Shown here one piece after another: positions 38,319-47,815 of a stretch of 64,000 nucleotides of DNA. This stretch comes from Candidatus Limnocylindrales bacterium (GTDB lineage Bacteria > Moduliflexota > Moduliflexia > Moduliflexales > JAUQPW01). Position 1 is the stretch's first letter. Each line of letters opens with the position of its first letter. The DNA lies in the NCBI GenBank assembly GCA_035559535.1, contig DATMBG010000037.1:1-64000 (forward strand). The letters are read 5' to 3'. Position numbers and translations under genes: made by a program. The notes under the pieces are model-generated. The model made no database searches. It was not told where the DNA came from and saw only the letters and a list, made by a program, of their open reading frames with translations.

Positions 38319-38993
38319 TTATCCCTCCCCCAGATAGATCACCCTTGGTTTTGTCCCTAACTCTTCCAAGAGTCTAAAAGCTCTTTGTTCTTTAGCCAGT
38401 TTGGCCACCTGGCTGTTTGGATCCTCTAGATCGCCAAAGTAGATGGCACCACCGGTACACGTTTGTTGACAGGCCGTTTTCACATCCCCATCCCGCAGTT
38501 CTCTCCCCTCCGCCTGGGCTTTAACTTTAGCAGCCTCTATACGGTGGACACAGAAGGTACATTTCTCCACTACTCCTTTAGGCCGGAGGGGCACATCGGG
38601 ATTAAGATTTTCTGTAGTGGGATACTCTGGTTGCTTCCAATTAAAGTAGCGTACTCCATAAGGACAGGCTACCAGGCAATAGCGGCAGCCAATACAAAGG
38701 TCGTTATTCTGTGCCACAAGCCCATCGTCCCGTTTATAGGTAGCTCCCACCGGGCAGACCTGCACACAGGGGGGTTCATCACAATGCATGCAGGGACGTG
38801 GGAGGAAACGGGCTTTTACAAGAGGATATTCCCCCTCCACGATGGCCAATACCTGGTTCCAGAAGATATTTCTTCCCTTCTGGCTTTCTTCCGGGCCAGC
38901 CACCGGTTGATTATTTTCTGCCACACAGGCTACAGTACAGGCCTGACAAGCAGTACACCTATCCAGATCGATCACCATTCCCCATCTAGCCAT
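38319..38993 (-). CDS. Four-cluster Fe-S electron-transfer subunit (DmsB/QrcC-like)
   Basis: GMVIDLDRCTACQAC, CMHCDEPPC, CIGCRYC, KCTFC; ATG 38993 after GGAGG. Confidence 0.92.
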   Translation of the reverse strand: MARWGMVIDLDRCTACQACTVACVAENNQPVAGPEESQKGRNIFWNQVLAIVEGEYPLVKARFLPRPCMHCDEPPCVQVCPVGATYKRDDGLVAQNNDLCIGCRYCLVACPYGVRYFNWKQPEYPTTENLNPDVPLRPKGVVEKCTFCVHRIEAAKVKAQAEGRELRDGDVKTACQQTCTGGAIYFGDLEDPNSQVAKLAKEQRAFRLLEELGTKPRVIYLGEG

Positions 38994-41421
38994 ATAACTC
39001 ACCTCCCTCCACCTTGTAGATTTTCACACGGGTAGAGAAAAAGGCTGCAAGGCCTCCCAACAAGTCATTTTCGTGAACCAAAATTTCATTGGGATTAACA
39101 CCCCGTCCCTTTGCCCAACGACCATAGGCTTTATGTCCCAACTCATAGGGGATATTGACCACGTAAGGCATCGCTCCAGGATAGAGCTTGGCACGCGTTT
39201 TGATCCTACCAACCTGGGATTCCACCCAGACCCAATCACCGTCTGAAATTCCCAGCTTCTCTGCCGTCTTCGGATTGATCTCTACCCAGCTATCCCAACG
39301 CATCCCTACATGCAAGCCAAGGATCTGTTGCAACCAGGAAGCATTAGCTCCTCGCCCTTCCGCGTGAGTCATAAGCTTGTACGTATTTAGGAGGAATGGA
39401 TATTCTTTCTCATCCCCGACATGGCGAATTGGTTCATAATGAGGGAGATAAACTTCATCGCCACGTGCCTGAAGTTTTAAACCCTGAAGCATCTCCTCCA
39501 TTGCCTGCTCTTGGCTAATCTTCCGAGCTTCGGCGTCTTTCTTGGCCAGATCTTCTAGTTTATGCTCCAGATTTTGGGAGAAAAACTCAAACTTTTTGGA
39601 AGGGGTCTGGAACCCATGGGCCCAATCCCGAAACTTATAAGGGGGATCCGCCCAGAACCCTTCTTGTTTGAAGCGCTCCCAGAACTCTTCGAACGTTGCA
39701 GCTACAATAGTTCCTCTTTGGGCCTCAAAGAGTCCTTTTACTTTATCTTTGATCAACTCTTCGTAATTCTTCCAAGGGAAAGACTCTGCCATTGTTCCCC
39801 CCATGGTATGGGCAATCTGGATAAGGACATCGCCGGTGCTCCGGGTATTGTAAAGGGGTTTGACCACGGGCTGACGCAGGCTGATTACCGGATAACCCAG
39901 ACTCGGATAAATCACATCGTCATGCCAACGTTCCAGATAAGTATGATCCGGGAGGATGAGGTCTGCAAATTGGGCCGACTCACTCATGAAGGGAGTAAAA
40001 TCCACAATGAAGGGAACTTCTTTAAAGGCCTTGTAGAAGCGATTGACGTCAGGTGTAGAAAAGAGAGGATTTGTATAGTAAAGCAGAAGGGTATCAGCAG
40101 GATACGGCCCCTCACCCAGGAGGAATTCCGGGAGATCCTGGTAAACCTTACCGGCCAGGGGAAAACGTTTGGTACCCGCATAATCGATACGGGGTTGCTT
40201 GTTTCCCCTCTTGGCTAGATCGTCTTGTACAATATCCGGCCATTTGCTGAGGGGGGGATTGTTCTGAACGATAACCCCCCCTGGCACCTCTAAACTCCCC
40301 ACAAGGGCGTTAAGAGCATGGATGGCCATTCGGTTGTAGACCCCGTTGGACTGCATGCTGGCTCCCCGTTCCCCGGCCGCAATAGCAGGCTGGGTTGTCG
40401 CAAATTCTCGAGCCAGGCGTACAATCGTCTCTTCAGAAACGCCCGTAATGGAGGCAACTTTCTCGGGTGGATAGTCCCTAAGAACGAGGGTTTTGAAACC
40501 TATATGCTCTTTGCCCGTATTTTCATCGGTCCAATCTTCAAAGCCAAAAGTATGCTCTGTAATGAACTCTTGGTTATAGAGTCCTTCTTTAATGATCACA
40601 TGGGCGATACCCAGGGCTAGAGCACCGTCGGTACCTGGATTGATGGGCACCCATTCATCTGCCTTAGCAGCAGTGATGGAAAGACGGGGTTCGATTTGAA
40701 CAATCTTGGCCCGGATGGGACGTCCTCGACGCATATGGCCATAAGCCCGAAGGAGTCGCGTTGTGGGTCGCCAGGCCTCAATAAACCCCCCCCCAAAGCA
40801 AAGGAGATAGTTGGTATGATCCCAATCATATCCTAAATATGCTTTGACTCCCTGAGTCAGATAATGGGCTTGAGCACTTCCATCGGCACAAATACTGCTG
40901 TGCCCCACATGATTGGGAGATCCATAGGCAGCCATAAAACGGTCAATGAGACTTCCCATCTGTCCCCGATTGCGACCGCTCATGAAAATGAGTCTATGGG
41001 GTTCCCCCTTCTCTCTCAGAGCTTTGAGTCTGTTGACTACTGTGGCAATGGCTTCCTCCCAACTGATCTGCTCCCAATTTCCTGAACCCCGTTCACCTAT
41101 TCGACGTAAGGGTCCTTTGATACGATCAGGATCGTAAAGGATCTGGAGACCGATGTGCCCTTTAGGACAGAGCCGCCCTTGATTAATTGGGTGGCGGGGA
41201 TTCCCTTCAATCTTAACCGCTCGTCCATCAACAACCCGAACCAGAATCCCACAACCGGCAGGACATTGAAGGCAAACACTGGGAACTTGATGCTCCTCTC
41301 GAATCCGTTGAGGTGGCGCAACTCCTCCTTGCACAAAGTTCTTGGAAAGGTATCCTGTCGCCGCCATAGTTACGCCTCCTGCGAGAGATGTTTTAATAAA
41401 GGCTCGTCGTGAGAATTGCAT
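38986..41421 (-). CDS. Tat-exported Mo/W-bisPGD oxidoreductase catalytic subunit, Arr/Arx/Psr-related
   Basis: SRRAFIK Tat motif, FS0 CLQCPAGC...CPKG, GSPNHVGHSSIC Cys-ligand motif. Confidence 0.85.
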   Translation of the reverse strand: MQFSRRAFIKTSLAGGVTMAATGYLSKNFVQGGVAPPQRIREEHQVPSVCLQCPAGCGILVRVVDGRAVKIEGNPRHPINQGRLCPKGHIGLQILYDPDRIKGPLRRIGERGSGNWEQISWEEAIATVVNRLKALREKGEPHRLIFMSGRNRGQMGSLIDRFMAAYGSPNHVGHSSICADGSAQAHYLTQGVKAYLGYDWDHTNYLLCFGGGFIEAWRPTTRLLRAYGHMRRGRPIRAKIVQIEPRLSITAAKADEWVPINPGTDGALALGIAHVIIKEGLYNQEFITEHTFGFEDWTDENTGKEHIGFKTLVLRDYPPEKVASITGVSEETIVRLAREFATTQPAIAAGERGASMQSNGVYNRMAIHALNALVGSLEVPGGVIVQNNPPLSKWPDIVQDDLAKRGNKQPRIDYAGTKRFPLAGKVYQDLPEFLLGEGPYPADTLLLYYTNPLFSTPDVNRFYKAFKEVPFIVDFTPFMSESAQFADLILPDHTYLERWHDDVIYPSLGYPVISLRQPVVKPLYNTRSTGDVLIQIAHTMGGTMAESFPWKNYEELIKDKVKGLFEAQRGTIVAATFEEFWERFKQEGFWADPPYKFRDWAHGFQTPSKKFEFFSQNLEHKLEDLAKKDAEARKISQEQAMEEMLQGLKLQARGDEVYLPHYEPIRHVGDEKEYPFLLNTYKLMTHAEGRGANASWLQQILGLHVGMRWDSWVEINPKTAEKLGISDGDWVWVESQVGRIKTRAKLYPGAMPYVVNIPYELGHKAYGRWAKGRGVNPNEILVHENDLLGGLAAFFSTRVKIYKVEGGELYG

Positions 41422-41490
41422 AACCTTTTCCTCCTTCTTTCTCTGTTTTATGACTTCTGCCTATATTGCCTGAACTAATTAAGAAAGACC

Positions 41491-41505
41491 GCAATTAGTA
41501 TGCCA
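41491..41505 (-). promoter_or_regulatory. sigma54 promoter of the molybdoenzyme operon
   Basis: Minus strand TGGCATACTAATTGC. Confidence 0.75.
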
Positions 41506-41618
41506 GATTCAAAATATGGAAACTCTCTCCTAAGAGGTAACCACACCGGAGGGTTCCAAGCTCTGGACGAGGTATAAGCATTGTACCCTGTTCCTGAAAA
41601 GCAAAAACTTATAGCATC

Positions 41619-41692
41619 TGTCTTAAAATCTGATAATGCTAAAGGAAACCCAATGTTTATAAATATATAAAGGAATGTCAGAAATCAGGACG
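41619..41692 (-). promoter_or_regulatory. Paired enhancer-like boxes
   Basis: TGTCTTAAAATCTGATA (41619) and TGTCAGAAATCAGGACG (41676), 57 bp apart. Confidence 0.7.
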
Positions 41693-42019
41693 AGAACAGA
41701 TTAAACGGATTCACCTTTTTAAGGAAGATCCTCTTGTTCCCCGTTCCTTCTAACTGATGGGTGATTCCTGACAACAGATCACCAGGTTTTTCTAAATTCG
41801 TTAATTAACCTGGCAATGTTATAAATTACCGAAAAAAACTCCGGTGGGATGGTCTGTCTGTAGCTAATGCGGCCTTGCTTCCGGGTCTTTTAACTCTGTA
41901 GGACCTGTTTATAAAAAACATTGTCAGATTTTACAGGCTATGGGTTCCAGGTATATAGCTGTTACTACAAGCAAATGAGATAAATTTCTGAAAAAGAAAA
42001 GGGTATCAAATTTGTCTTT

Positions 42020-42094
42020 TGTCTTAATTTTTGACATAATTTAATAACTTTTATAAATCTTAAATTTCTACGAATACTGTAAGTTTTTAAGACA
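42020..42094 (+). promoter_or_regulatory. Paired enhancer-like boxes
   Basis: TGTCTTAATTTTTGACA (42020) and TGTAAGTTTTTAAGACA (42078), 58 bp apart. Confidence 0.75.
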
Positions 42095-42192
42095 CATGGC
42101 TTACATCCTGCCTTTTAATTCAGAGGTCAGCCCGAACCTGTAACTCTTTTTATGATAATATCTTAAATCTGAGTTCAATATCTTGTGAAGTC

Positions 42193-42207
42193 TGGCATTT
42201 GAATTGC
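42193..42207 (+). promoter_or_regulatory. sigma54 promoter of the amidohydrolase operon
   Basis: TGGCATTTGAATTGC. Confidence 0.75.
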
Positions 42208-42576
42208 TAATTTATATCTAATCGGTGCCTGTTCATAGGACTTTTATATAAGAGAGATCTTGGAAGCCGAGGTTGTGCCCGCAAATAGTTTCCCGATTGC
42301 CATAATCGAATATCTCAGCTTTTGCATGTGGCGGCTCATGGATAGGTACCAGGACTCCAGATCTAAAACAAGCATCAATCATTGAGAAAATGGACCTTAT
42401 ACTGGCCATTCTAAGGCTGCTTGCGAAGAAGGAGATGTGTAGGTATTGCATCTGACAGACCCTTGCAGCAATAAAGCCAGGGAGAGATAAAGCTTGAAGC
42501 AGAGGGAAGTTGTATCCTTCTTCCCCATCATCTTAGGAGGCCGAGATAAGCGTCTGGCTTGAACAGGGAGGTACGT

Positions 42577-44091
42577 ATGTGGCTTAGTAAGAAAGACTTA
42601 CGTAAAGTGGTAAAAGCAGAGACCCATGCTTTCCGCTCGCCCGCGCCCACCCAGATGATATCAAGTGGGGAGTTTATGCCCCTTGCCCAGACTCCGGCGC
42701 AGTGCCATGTAGAGCAAAGAATCAAGGAGATAGCCGATATCCATGGCAAAAAGCTTGGGCTGAACCGACGGCAGTTCCTCCGGACGAGTTGCGGTATGGC
42801 TGCAATGTTCCTGGCGATGAACGAAGTGTTCGGCCCCCTTTTCCATATTGATCCAGTAGAAGCTGCGGATCCGGAAGCTGCTGAGGAGCGCCGGGCATCC
42901 CTGGCCGGTGAGTTCATCTTCGATGCACAAACCCACCATGTTCATAATGCCTACTCCTGGGGGGGTATCCTGTTCCTGACGCAGTATGCTCAAGGGAAAA
43001 ATCCACAGAAGAAAGCCTGGAACCCTAAGTTAGGGACTATGCCGCCGACCTTGGATTGGCTGAAGTTTGACCAGTATGTCAAGGAGATTTTCCTGGACAG
43101 TGATACTAAAGTGGCACTCCTCAGTGGGTTTACATCTGAAACACCGGAAAATATGGCTCTGACATCGGACCAAATTGTAGAGAGCCGCAACCGTTTCAAT
43201 GAGTTCACGGGAACCCGACGGATGCTGGCCCATGGCCTTTTCTGGCCAGGTAAAGAAGGTAATCTCGAAGAGATGGACCGACTGGTGAAAGAACTCAAAA
43301 TTGATTCCTGGAAGGGATACACGGTGGGTGACCCGTTGTACGGGGAGTCCAAGTATCCCTGGATGATGAATGATGAGAAGATTGCCTTTCCTTGCTGGGA
43401 GCTAGCTGAAAAGTCAGGGGTCCGGAATGTATGTGTCCACAAAGGGCTGATGCCTCCCGATTATGAGCAGAGCTTCAAGAACTGGCGTTATGCTGGCGTA
43501 GAGGATGTCGGTGAGGCAGCCAAGGCCTTTCCCAACCTGAACTTCATTATCTACCACTCGGCCCTCAAACCACTCCTGGATGTTGAAGAAACAGCCGCAG
43601 AATTTGAAAAGACCGGTTATATCCCCTGGATTACCGATCTGGCCCAGATTCCGAAAAAATATGGTGTGGATAACGTTTATGCCGAGTTGGGAACAGTTTT
43701 TGGCTCAACGGTAGTTACCCATCCCCGACTGGCAGCAGCTATCCTGGGACAACTTATCCAGGGTTTTGGGGTAGACCATGTTATCTGGGGGACAGACTCA
43801 ATCTGGTATGGAACACCCCAGTGGCAGATCGAGGCATTTCGACGGCTTGAAATCCCTGAAGATCTGCAAGAAAAATACGGCTTTACTCCTTTGGGACCCG
43901 CCACAGGCTATGTCAAGCGTGCCATCTTTGGCCTTAATGGAGCCCGAGTGTTCAAAATAGACCACACGGCCAAGCTCGATCCGGTACCGCCAGATTTCAA
44001 GGATAAGATTACCACCATGAAGGCCGAATATCAAGAATTGGGCCCAGAACCCAGTAATACTTACTACGGATGGATCCGGAAACGAGTTTAG
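42577..44091 (+). CDS. Amidohydrolase-family metalloprotein
   Basis: DAQTHHV, HKG, IYH, WGTDS; internal RRQFL; ATG 42577 after GGGAGG. Confidence 0.8.
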   Translation: MWLSKKDLRKVVKAETHAFRSPAPTQMISSGEFMPLAQTPAQCHVEQRIKEIADIHGKKLGLNRRQFLRTSCGMAAMFLAMNEVFGPLFHIDPVEAADPEAAEERRASLAGEFIFDAQTHHVHNAYSWGGILFLTQYAQGKNPQKKAWNPKLGTMPPTLDWLKFDQYVKEIFLDSDTKVALLSGFTSETPENMALTSDQIVESRNRFNEFTGTRRMLAHGLFWPGKEGNLEEMDRLVKELKIDSWKGYTVGDPLYGESKYPWMMNDEKIAFPCWELAEKSGVRNVCVHKGLMPPDYEQSFKNWRYAGVEDVGEAAKAFPNLNFIIYHSALKPLLDVEETAAEFEKTGYIPWITDLAQIPKKYGVDNVYAELGTVFGSTVVTHPRLAAAILGQLIQGFGVDHVIWGTDSIWYGTPQWQIEAFRRLEIPEDLQEKYGFTPLGPATGYVKRAIFGLNGARVFKIDHTAKLDPVPPDFKDKITTMKAEYQELGPEPSNTYYGWIRKRV

Positions 44092-44278
44092 GAAAAGAGG
44101 GACAGGAAGAAAGGGTGCAGAATTCCCATGAATTACAAGACGATGATTTGAATAACACCGATTCCACATGATTACTTCACCCAGGAGGTCCGGTTTCTCC
44201 TTTCCCCTGTCAATGGGAGGAACCGGTTCCCCTAAAGTTGAAGTATTTAAGCGTTGGTATAAGGTCCGAGGAGAAGCT

Positions 44279-44779
44279 ATGAGAGTATACCCCACGAGAT
44301 GGTTAGCTGGATGGATGATGGTCACAGGATTAACTCTTATGATCTGGAGGGTAGGGTTTGCCCAGGGGGTTTCCTGTTCCAAGCCCATAGCACCTTGTAA
44401 AGCCTGTCACACCTCGGCTGCTGTGATGAGGGAGTTGGTGGGATGCATGGCTCAACCCTGGATAATCCCACCCGAAGCGAAAGAAGCGAAAAATCCGATT
44501 CCAAGTTCCCCTAAAGTCCTCGAAGAGGGCAAAGGGCTTTATAAGGTCAATTGTGAAGGTTGCCATGGAACCCAGGGAGGTGAATTAGGCCCCATCGCAG
44601 TGAAATTTACCATACCTGTTCCTAACCTCGGCGCTCCAACCGTCCAGGCCCAGACGGATGGAGAGTTATTTTGGAAGATTTCCAATGGGAAAGGTATCAT
44701 GCCTGCCTGGAGCACCATTCTGAGCGATGAAGACTGCTGGAAGCTGGTGATCTTTATTCGGACCTTCCGGAACCCATAA
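44279..44779 (+). CDS. Membrane-anchored/periplasmic cytochrome c (two CxxCH)
   Basis: CKACH and CEGCH; DGELFWKISNGKGIMP with axial Met; ATG 44279 after GAGGAG. Confidence 0.8.
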   Translation: MRVYPTRWLAGWMMVTGLTLMIWRVGFAQGVSCSKPIAPCKACHTSAAVMRELVGCMAQPWIIPPEAKEAKNPIPSSPKVLEEGKGLYKVNCEGCHGTQGGELGPIAVKFTIPVPNLGAPTVQAQTDGELFWKISNGKGIMPAWSTILSDEDCWKLVIFIRTFRNP

Positions 44780-44837
44780 CAGGGTTGTAGGGGCGAAGAG
44801 ATAGCAACAGCCATCCTTAGTTGATCAAAAAATTCCG

Positions 44838-45416
44838 ATGTCAGATGATATTCTTTGGACAGAAGAAGCTTTGCAGCGAGTTCAGAACGCACCGGATTTC
44901 GTACGGCCGGGTATCTACAAACTCATGGTCAAGCGAGCTCGAGAGCGTGGATATAAAGTCATCACCTCTGAGTTTTTAACCGAGATCCGAAATGAATCCA
45001 TGATGCGAGTCTCCAAAGTTATTAAGAAGTTTGGGTTTGAAGAACTCAGCATGGGCGCGTTTGAAGTGGCCAAAGAAAAAATGCAAAAAAATCCTCGAAA
45101 GGTAAAGGTGATTGAAGAGATTAAGAACTTTCTAAAACAACGTACGGAGAAAAATGAAAGGATTCTGGAGAAATTCAGAAGCTATATAGAGACAGTTCCA
45201 GAACGGGGTCTCCCTTGGACAGAAGAAGCCTTAAAGCGCATGGAGAGAGTACCTCCTTTTGTCAGATCTATGGCCGAAAAAACCATTGAAACAGAAGCCA
45301 AAAGGCGGGGGGAGAAGGTTGTAACCCCGGAGGTTGTGGAAACCATTTTTCACCAACTTATTCCGGATACCGTTAAACAGGCTTTAGGGATTAGAAGGAC
45401 AGAACATTCTTCCTAG
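44838..45416 (+). CDS. Tandem PCP_red (BchB C-terminal-like) domain protein
   Basis: WTEEALQRVQNAPDFVR and WTEEALKRMERVPPFVR repeats. Confidence 0.75.
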   Translation: MSDDILWTEEALQRVQNAPDFVRPGIYKLMVKRARERGYKVITSEFLTEIRNESMMRVSKVIKKFGFEELSMGAFEVAKEKMQKNPRKVKVIEEIKNFLKQRTEKNERILEKFRSYIETVPERGLPWTEEALKRMERVPPFVRSMAEKTIETEAKRRGEKVVTPEVVETIFHQLIPDTVKQALGIRRTEHSS

Positions 45417-47083
45417 GAAGGAAAGGGCAGGTGTTGTACAAACAGATCGTTGAAGCGGGGATCAGAGGAAAGCTCTAAATACTCCACAGAACGGGCGATA
45501 GAAGCAACGGTTTTCCTGAAATTTCTGTGGCAGAGGACCATTCGAGCACCGACACCGGCAGTATTTCCAATGCATACGATTCTCTCAAGGTCGATAGGTA
45601 CTAAAAGTCCTATACGGACGGCTGCGCAAGGATCCAGGGAAGTGCCAAAGGCGCCACACAGGTAAATCCGATCCAGTTGATGGGGGGATAAACCGGCATA
45701 TTCCAGCAGTCGTTCCACACCTGCGGCGATGGTAGCCTTGGCTGCTTGTAGTTCCTGCACATCCCTTTGAGAGAGAAGAATCTCCTTTCCTTCATTAGAT
45801 GCCACTACCAGTTCAGGTCCATCCCTTGTGTCCCTGAGCCGGGAAGCTAAGAGGGAACCAGTATCCTTATGGAAGCGGCCTGAGGGGAGCAATATCCCCA
45901 CGTCTACCAACAAAGCAAGTAAAGAAATCAGTCCTGAACCGGAGATGCCCCTGGGTTTGTTCTCACCCAGTACCTGATACTCCAACGAACCTCTCTCGGA
46001 ATTGTAGAAGAATCGACTTATAGCGCCGGGCTGGGCCCGTATACCACAGCAAACGCGACCTCCCTCAAAGGCAGGCCCGGCGGCTACCGAGCAGGCTAAG
46101 AGCCTTCCTTGATGGCACAGAAGTACCTTGGCATCAGTTCCTATATCTACTACAAGACAGGTGTCTTTCCGCCTCTCCATATCCAAGAAGAGAGCTGTAG
46201 CTACAACATCAGCCCCCAGATTACCTGATATCAGTGGAAGGGTCTCCAGTCTGGCCTCATCCAAAAGCCCCTTCAAGGGTAAATCTTTGAGGGGAAATAT
46301 CTTTCCTTCAGTGAAAGAAGGCTTGAAGGGAGAGACCTCTATAGGATCTATTCCTAGTAGAAAATGTAACATAACAGGATTACCTACTACCACCAGGTGA
46401 AAGATATCTTCAAGAGCGCAGCCCCCTAGGCGAGTCAACTGAAGGATGAGCCGCCACACGGCAGATAGACAAAGGAGCTGGAGTCGGCATAGACCCTTGC
46501 TGCTGGAGCGGGTGTAACAAATGCGGGAGAAACCATCGAGTCCATATGCAACCTGGGGATTTCGGGTACTGAGGGCCGCCTTTTGAACTCCCGTCTTCAG
46601 ATCTACCAGATAGGCGGCCAGGGTGGTAGTACCTATATCTAACACGATCCCCATAAGGGGATCATCCAGAGCCTGGCGTACCTGTAAAAGTTCGTCATCA
46701 AAAAAGATTAGCTCCTGGTCCCCTTCTCGCCGTGAATATACCGAGGGTCGCAACTCCACCGTAACCTCCTGGAAGACATCTAAACATTTGTAGGTAGGTC
46801 CTACATCCAAAAAAGCCACCTCCACCTGGGTATCTTCTTTCACATGAAAGAAACAGGCCAAACGGTACCCTGCTTCCAGATCTGAGGAGGCTAGAAGCCG
46901 CAAGTCTCCAGAACTGGGGGGAAAAGCATGATGGATAAGACGAACTCGGCATCGACCACAGGTTCCCCATTCAGCACATTCTGGGAAAAGAGGAAGTGAG
47001 GTGCTCCGATAGGCATCCAGAAGAGTGCTTCCCTTCGGAACCTGAACCGTTACCCTCTGGGGAAGAAAAGTTACATTGACCAT
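45413..47083 (-). CDS. RACo/DUF4445 ASKHA ATPase with 2Fe-2S domain (reductive activator of corrinoid proteins)
   Basis: CAEWGTCGRC...RLAC, DIGTTT, DIGT, AAGPAFEG, GAFG, GNTAG. Confidence 0.85.
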   Translation of the reverse strand: MVNVTFLPQRVTVQVPKGSTLLDAYRSTSLPLFPECAEWGTCGRCRVRLIHHAFPPSSGDLRLLASSDLEAGYRLACFFHVKEDTQVEVAFLDVGPTYKCLDVFQEVTVELRPSVYSRREGDQELIFFDDELLQVRQALDDPLMGIVLDIGTTTLAAYLVDLKTGVQKAALSTRNPQVAYGLDGFSRICYTRSSSKGLCRLQLLCLSAVWRLILQLTRLGGCALEDIFHLVVVGNPVMLHFLLGIDPIEVSPFKPSFTEGKIFPLKDLPLKGLLDEARLETLPLISGNLGADVVATALFLDMERRKDTCLVVDIGTDAKVLLCHQGRLLACSVAAGPAFEGGRVCCGIRAQPGAISRFFYNSERGSLEYQVLGENKPRGISGSGLISLLALLVDVGILLPSGRFHKDTGSLLASRLRDTRDGPELVVASNEGKEILLSQRDVQELQAAKATIAAGVERLLEYAGLSPHQLDRIYLCGAFGTSLDPCAAVRIGLLVPIDLERIVCIGNTAGVGARMVLCHRNFRKTVASIARSVEYLELSSDPRFNDLFVQHLPFPS

Positions 47084-47187
47084 AGGAAGTATCCCAGGCC
47101 GGTACCAAACCCCGGCCAGGGCTTTATATCACTGCTCATGTTGAAATACCTCTGATGAACCCTGTAAACTGAACCCACAGCAACAAA

Positions 47188-47259
47188 TTCCGGAGCATAT
47201 CCAGCAAACTCCTCCAGACCCAAGTCATAAACTTCCAAACCAGCTTCTTCCAGTATCTT
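47188..47259 (-). pseudogene. Possible remnant of a cobalamin-binding (corrinoid) protein gene
   Basis: Start-less frame reads KILEEAGLEVYDLG-LEEFAGYAPE, resembling the B12-binding domain segments LExAGFEVxDLG and EEFA...GYAP. Confidence 0.4.
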
Positions 47260-47269
47260 ATGAAAGGCA

Positions 47270-47340
47270 AATTGATATTACTACCAATTCTGATGGAATA
47301 GGTCGCATCCTGGGGGGGGAGCAACTCTGTATGGCCCTTA
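47270..47340. repeat. Degenerate copy of the 7208-type MITE/REP element
   Basis: AATTGATATTA and CTACCAATTCTGATGGAATAGGTCGCAT match the ends of the 7208 element. Confidence 0.5.
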
Positions 47341-47462
47341 TGCAAGCCGTCCTTCCCTTCCTTCCTCGCCGGCGAGGAGGGTTAGGGTGGGTCCATGCTT
47401 GCTTTACCTTCCCTTTCAATACTGACCTCCTATTAACTCCCTCTCAAACGTTAAGGAAAGTT

Positions 47463-47477
47463 GCAATTTATATTCCA
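47463..47477 (-). promoter_or_regulatory. sigma54 promoter upstream of RACo
   Basis: Minus strand TGGAATATAAATTGC. Confidence 0.6.
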
Positions 47478-47595
47478 GGCTTCATAAAACGCCGGGGTTT
47501 TCCCCAGGACGTTGGGATATCTCTAATTATGGATATTAAGCCGGATGCAGGTGTAACACGATATATTCTCATTGGAAGGGAGGGATTAAAGAGAT

Positions 47596-47670
47596 TGTCC
47601 TAAAGTTCTACAACTCCAATAGAAACCCAATATCCATGGGAGATATCAGATGATGTCGGAAGTTAGGGCA
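47596..47670 (-). promoter_or_regulatory. Paired enhancer-like boxes
   Basis: TGTCCTAAAGTTCTACA (47596) and TGTCGGAAGTTAGGGCA+AAAGACA (47654), 58 bp apart. Confidence 0.7.
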
Positions 47671-47815
47671 AAAGACAGATCCGGTACCATTTTAAAGATT
47701 ACAGTATCTTATCTATCCTGGTCAGGAGCGATGGGAGCTGAAGTCCTCGGCGAAGTAAAGCCGTCTTTGCTCACATGGGCCTAGATGAGCCCATATATGA
47801 CCATACCAACAGATC

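Noticed and set aside
38986-41421. Assigning the symbol arrA or arxA
   Set aside because: The diagnostic motifs differ from both, and no ars/arx regulatory genes are adjacent.
44838-45416. PCP_red domains as evidence of chlorophyll synthesis
   Set aside because: The small domain occurs in non-phototrophs, and no bch/chl genes are present.
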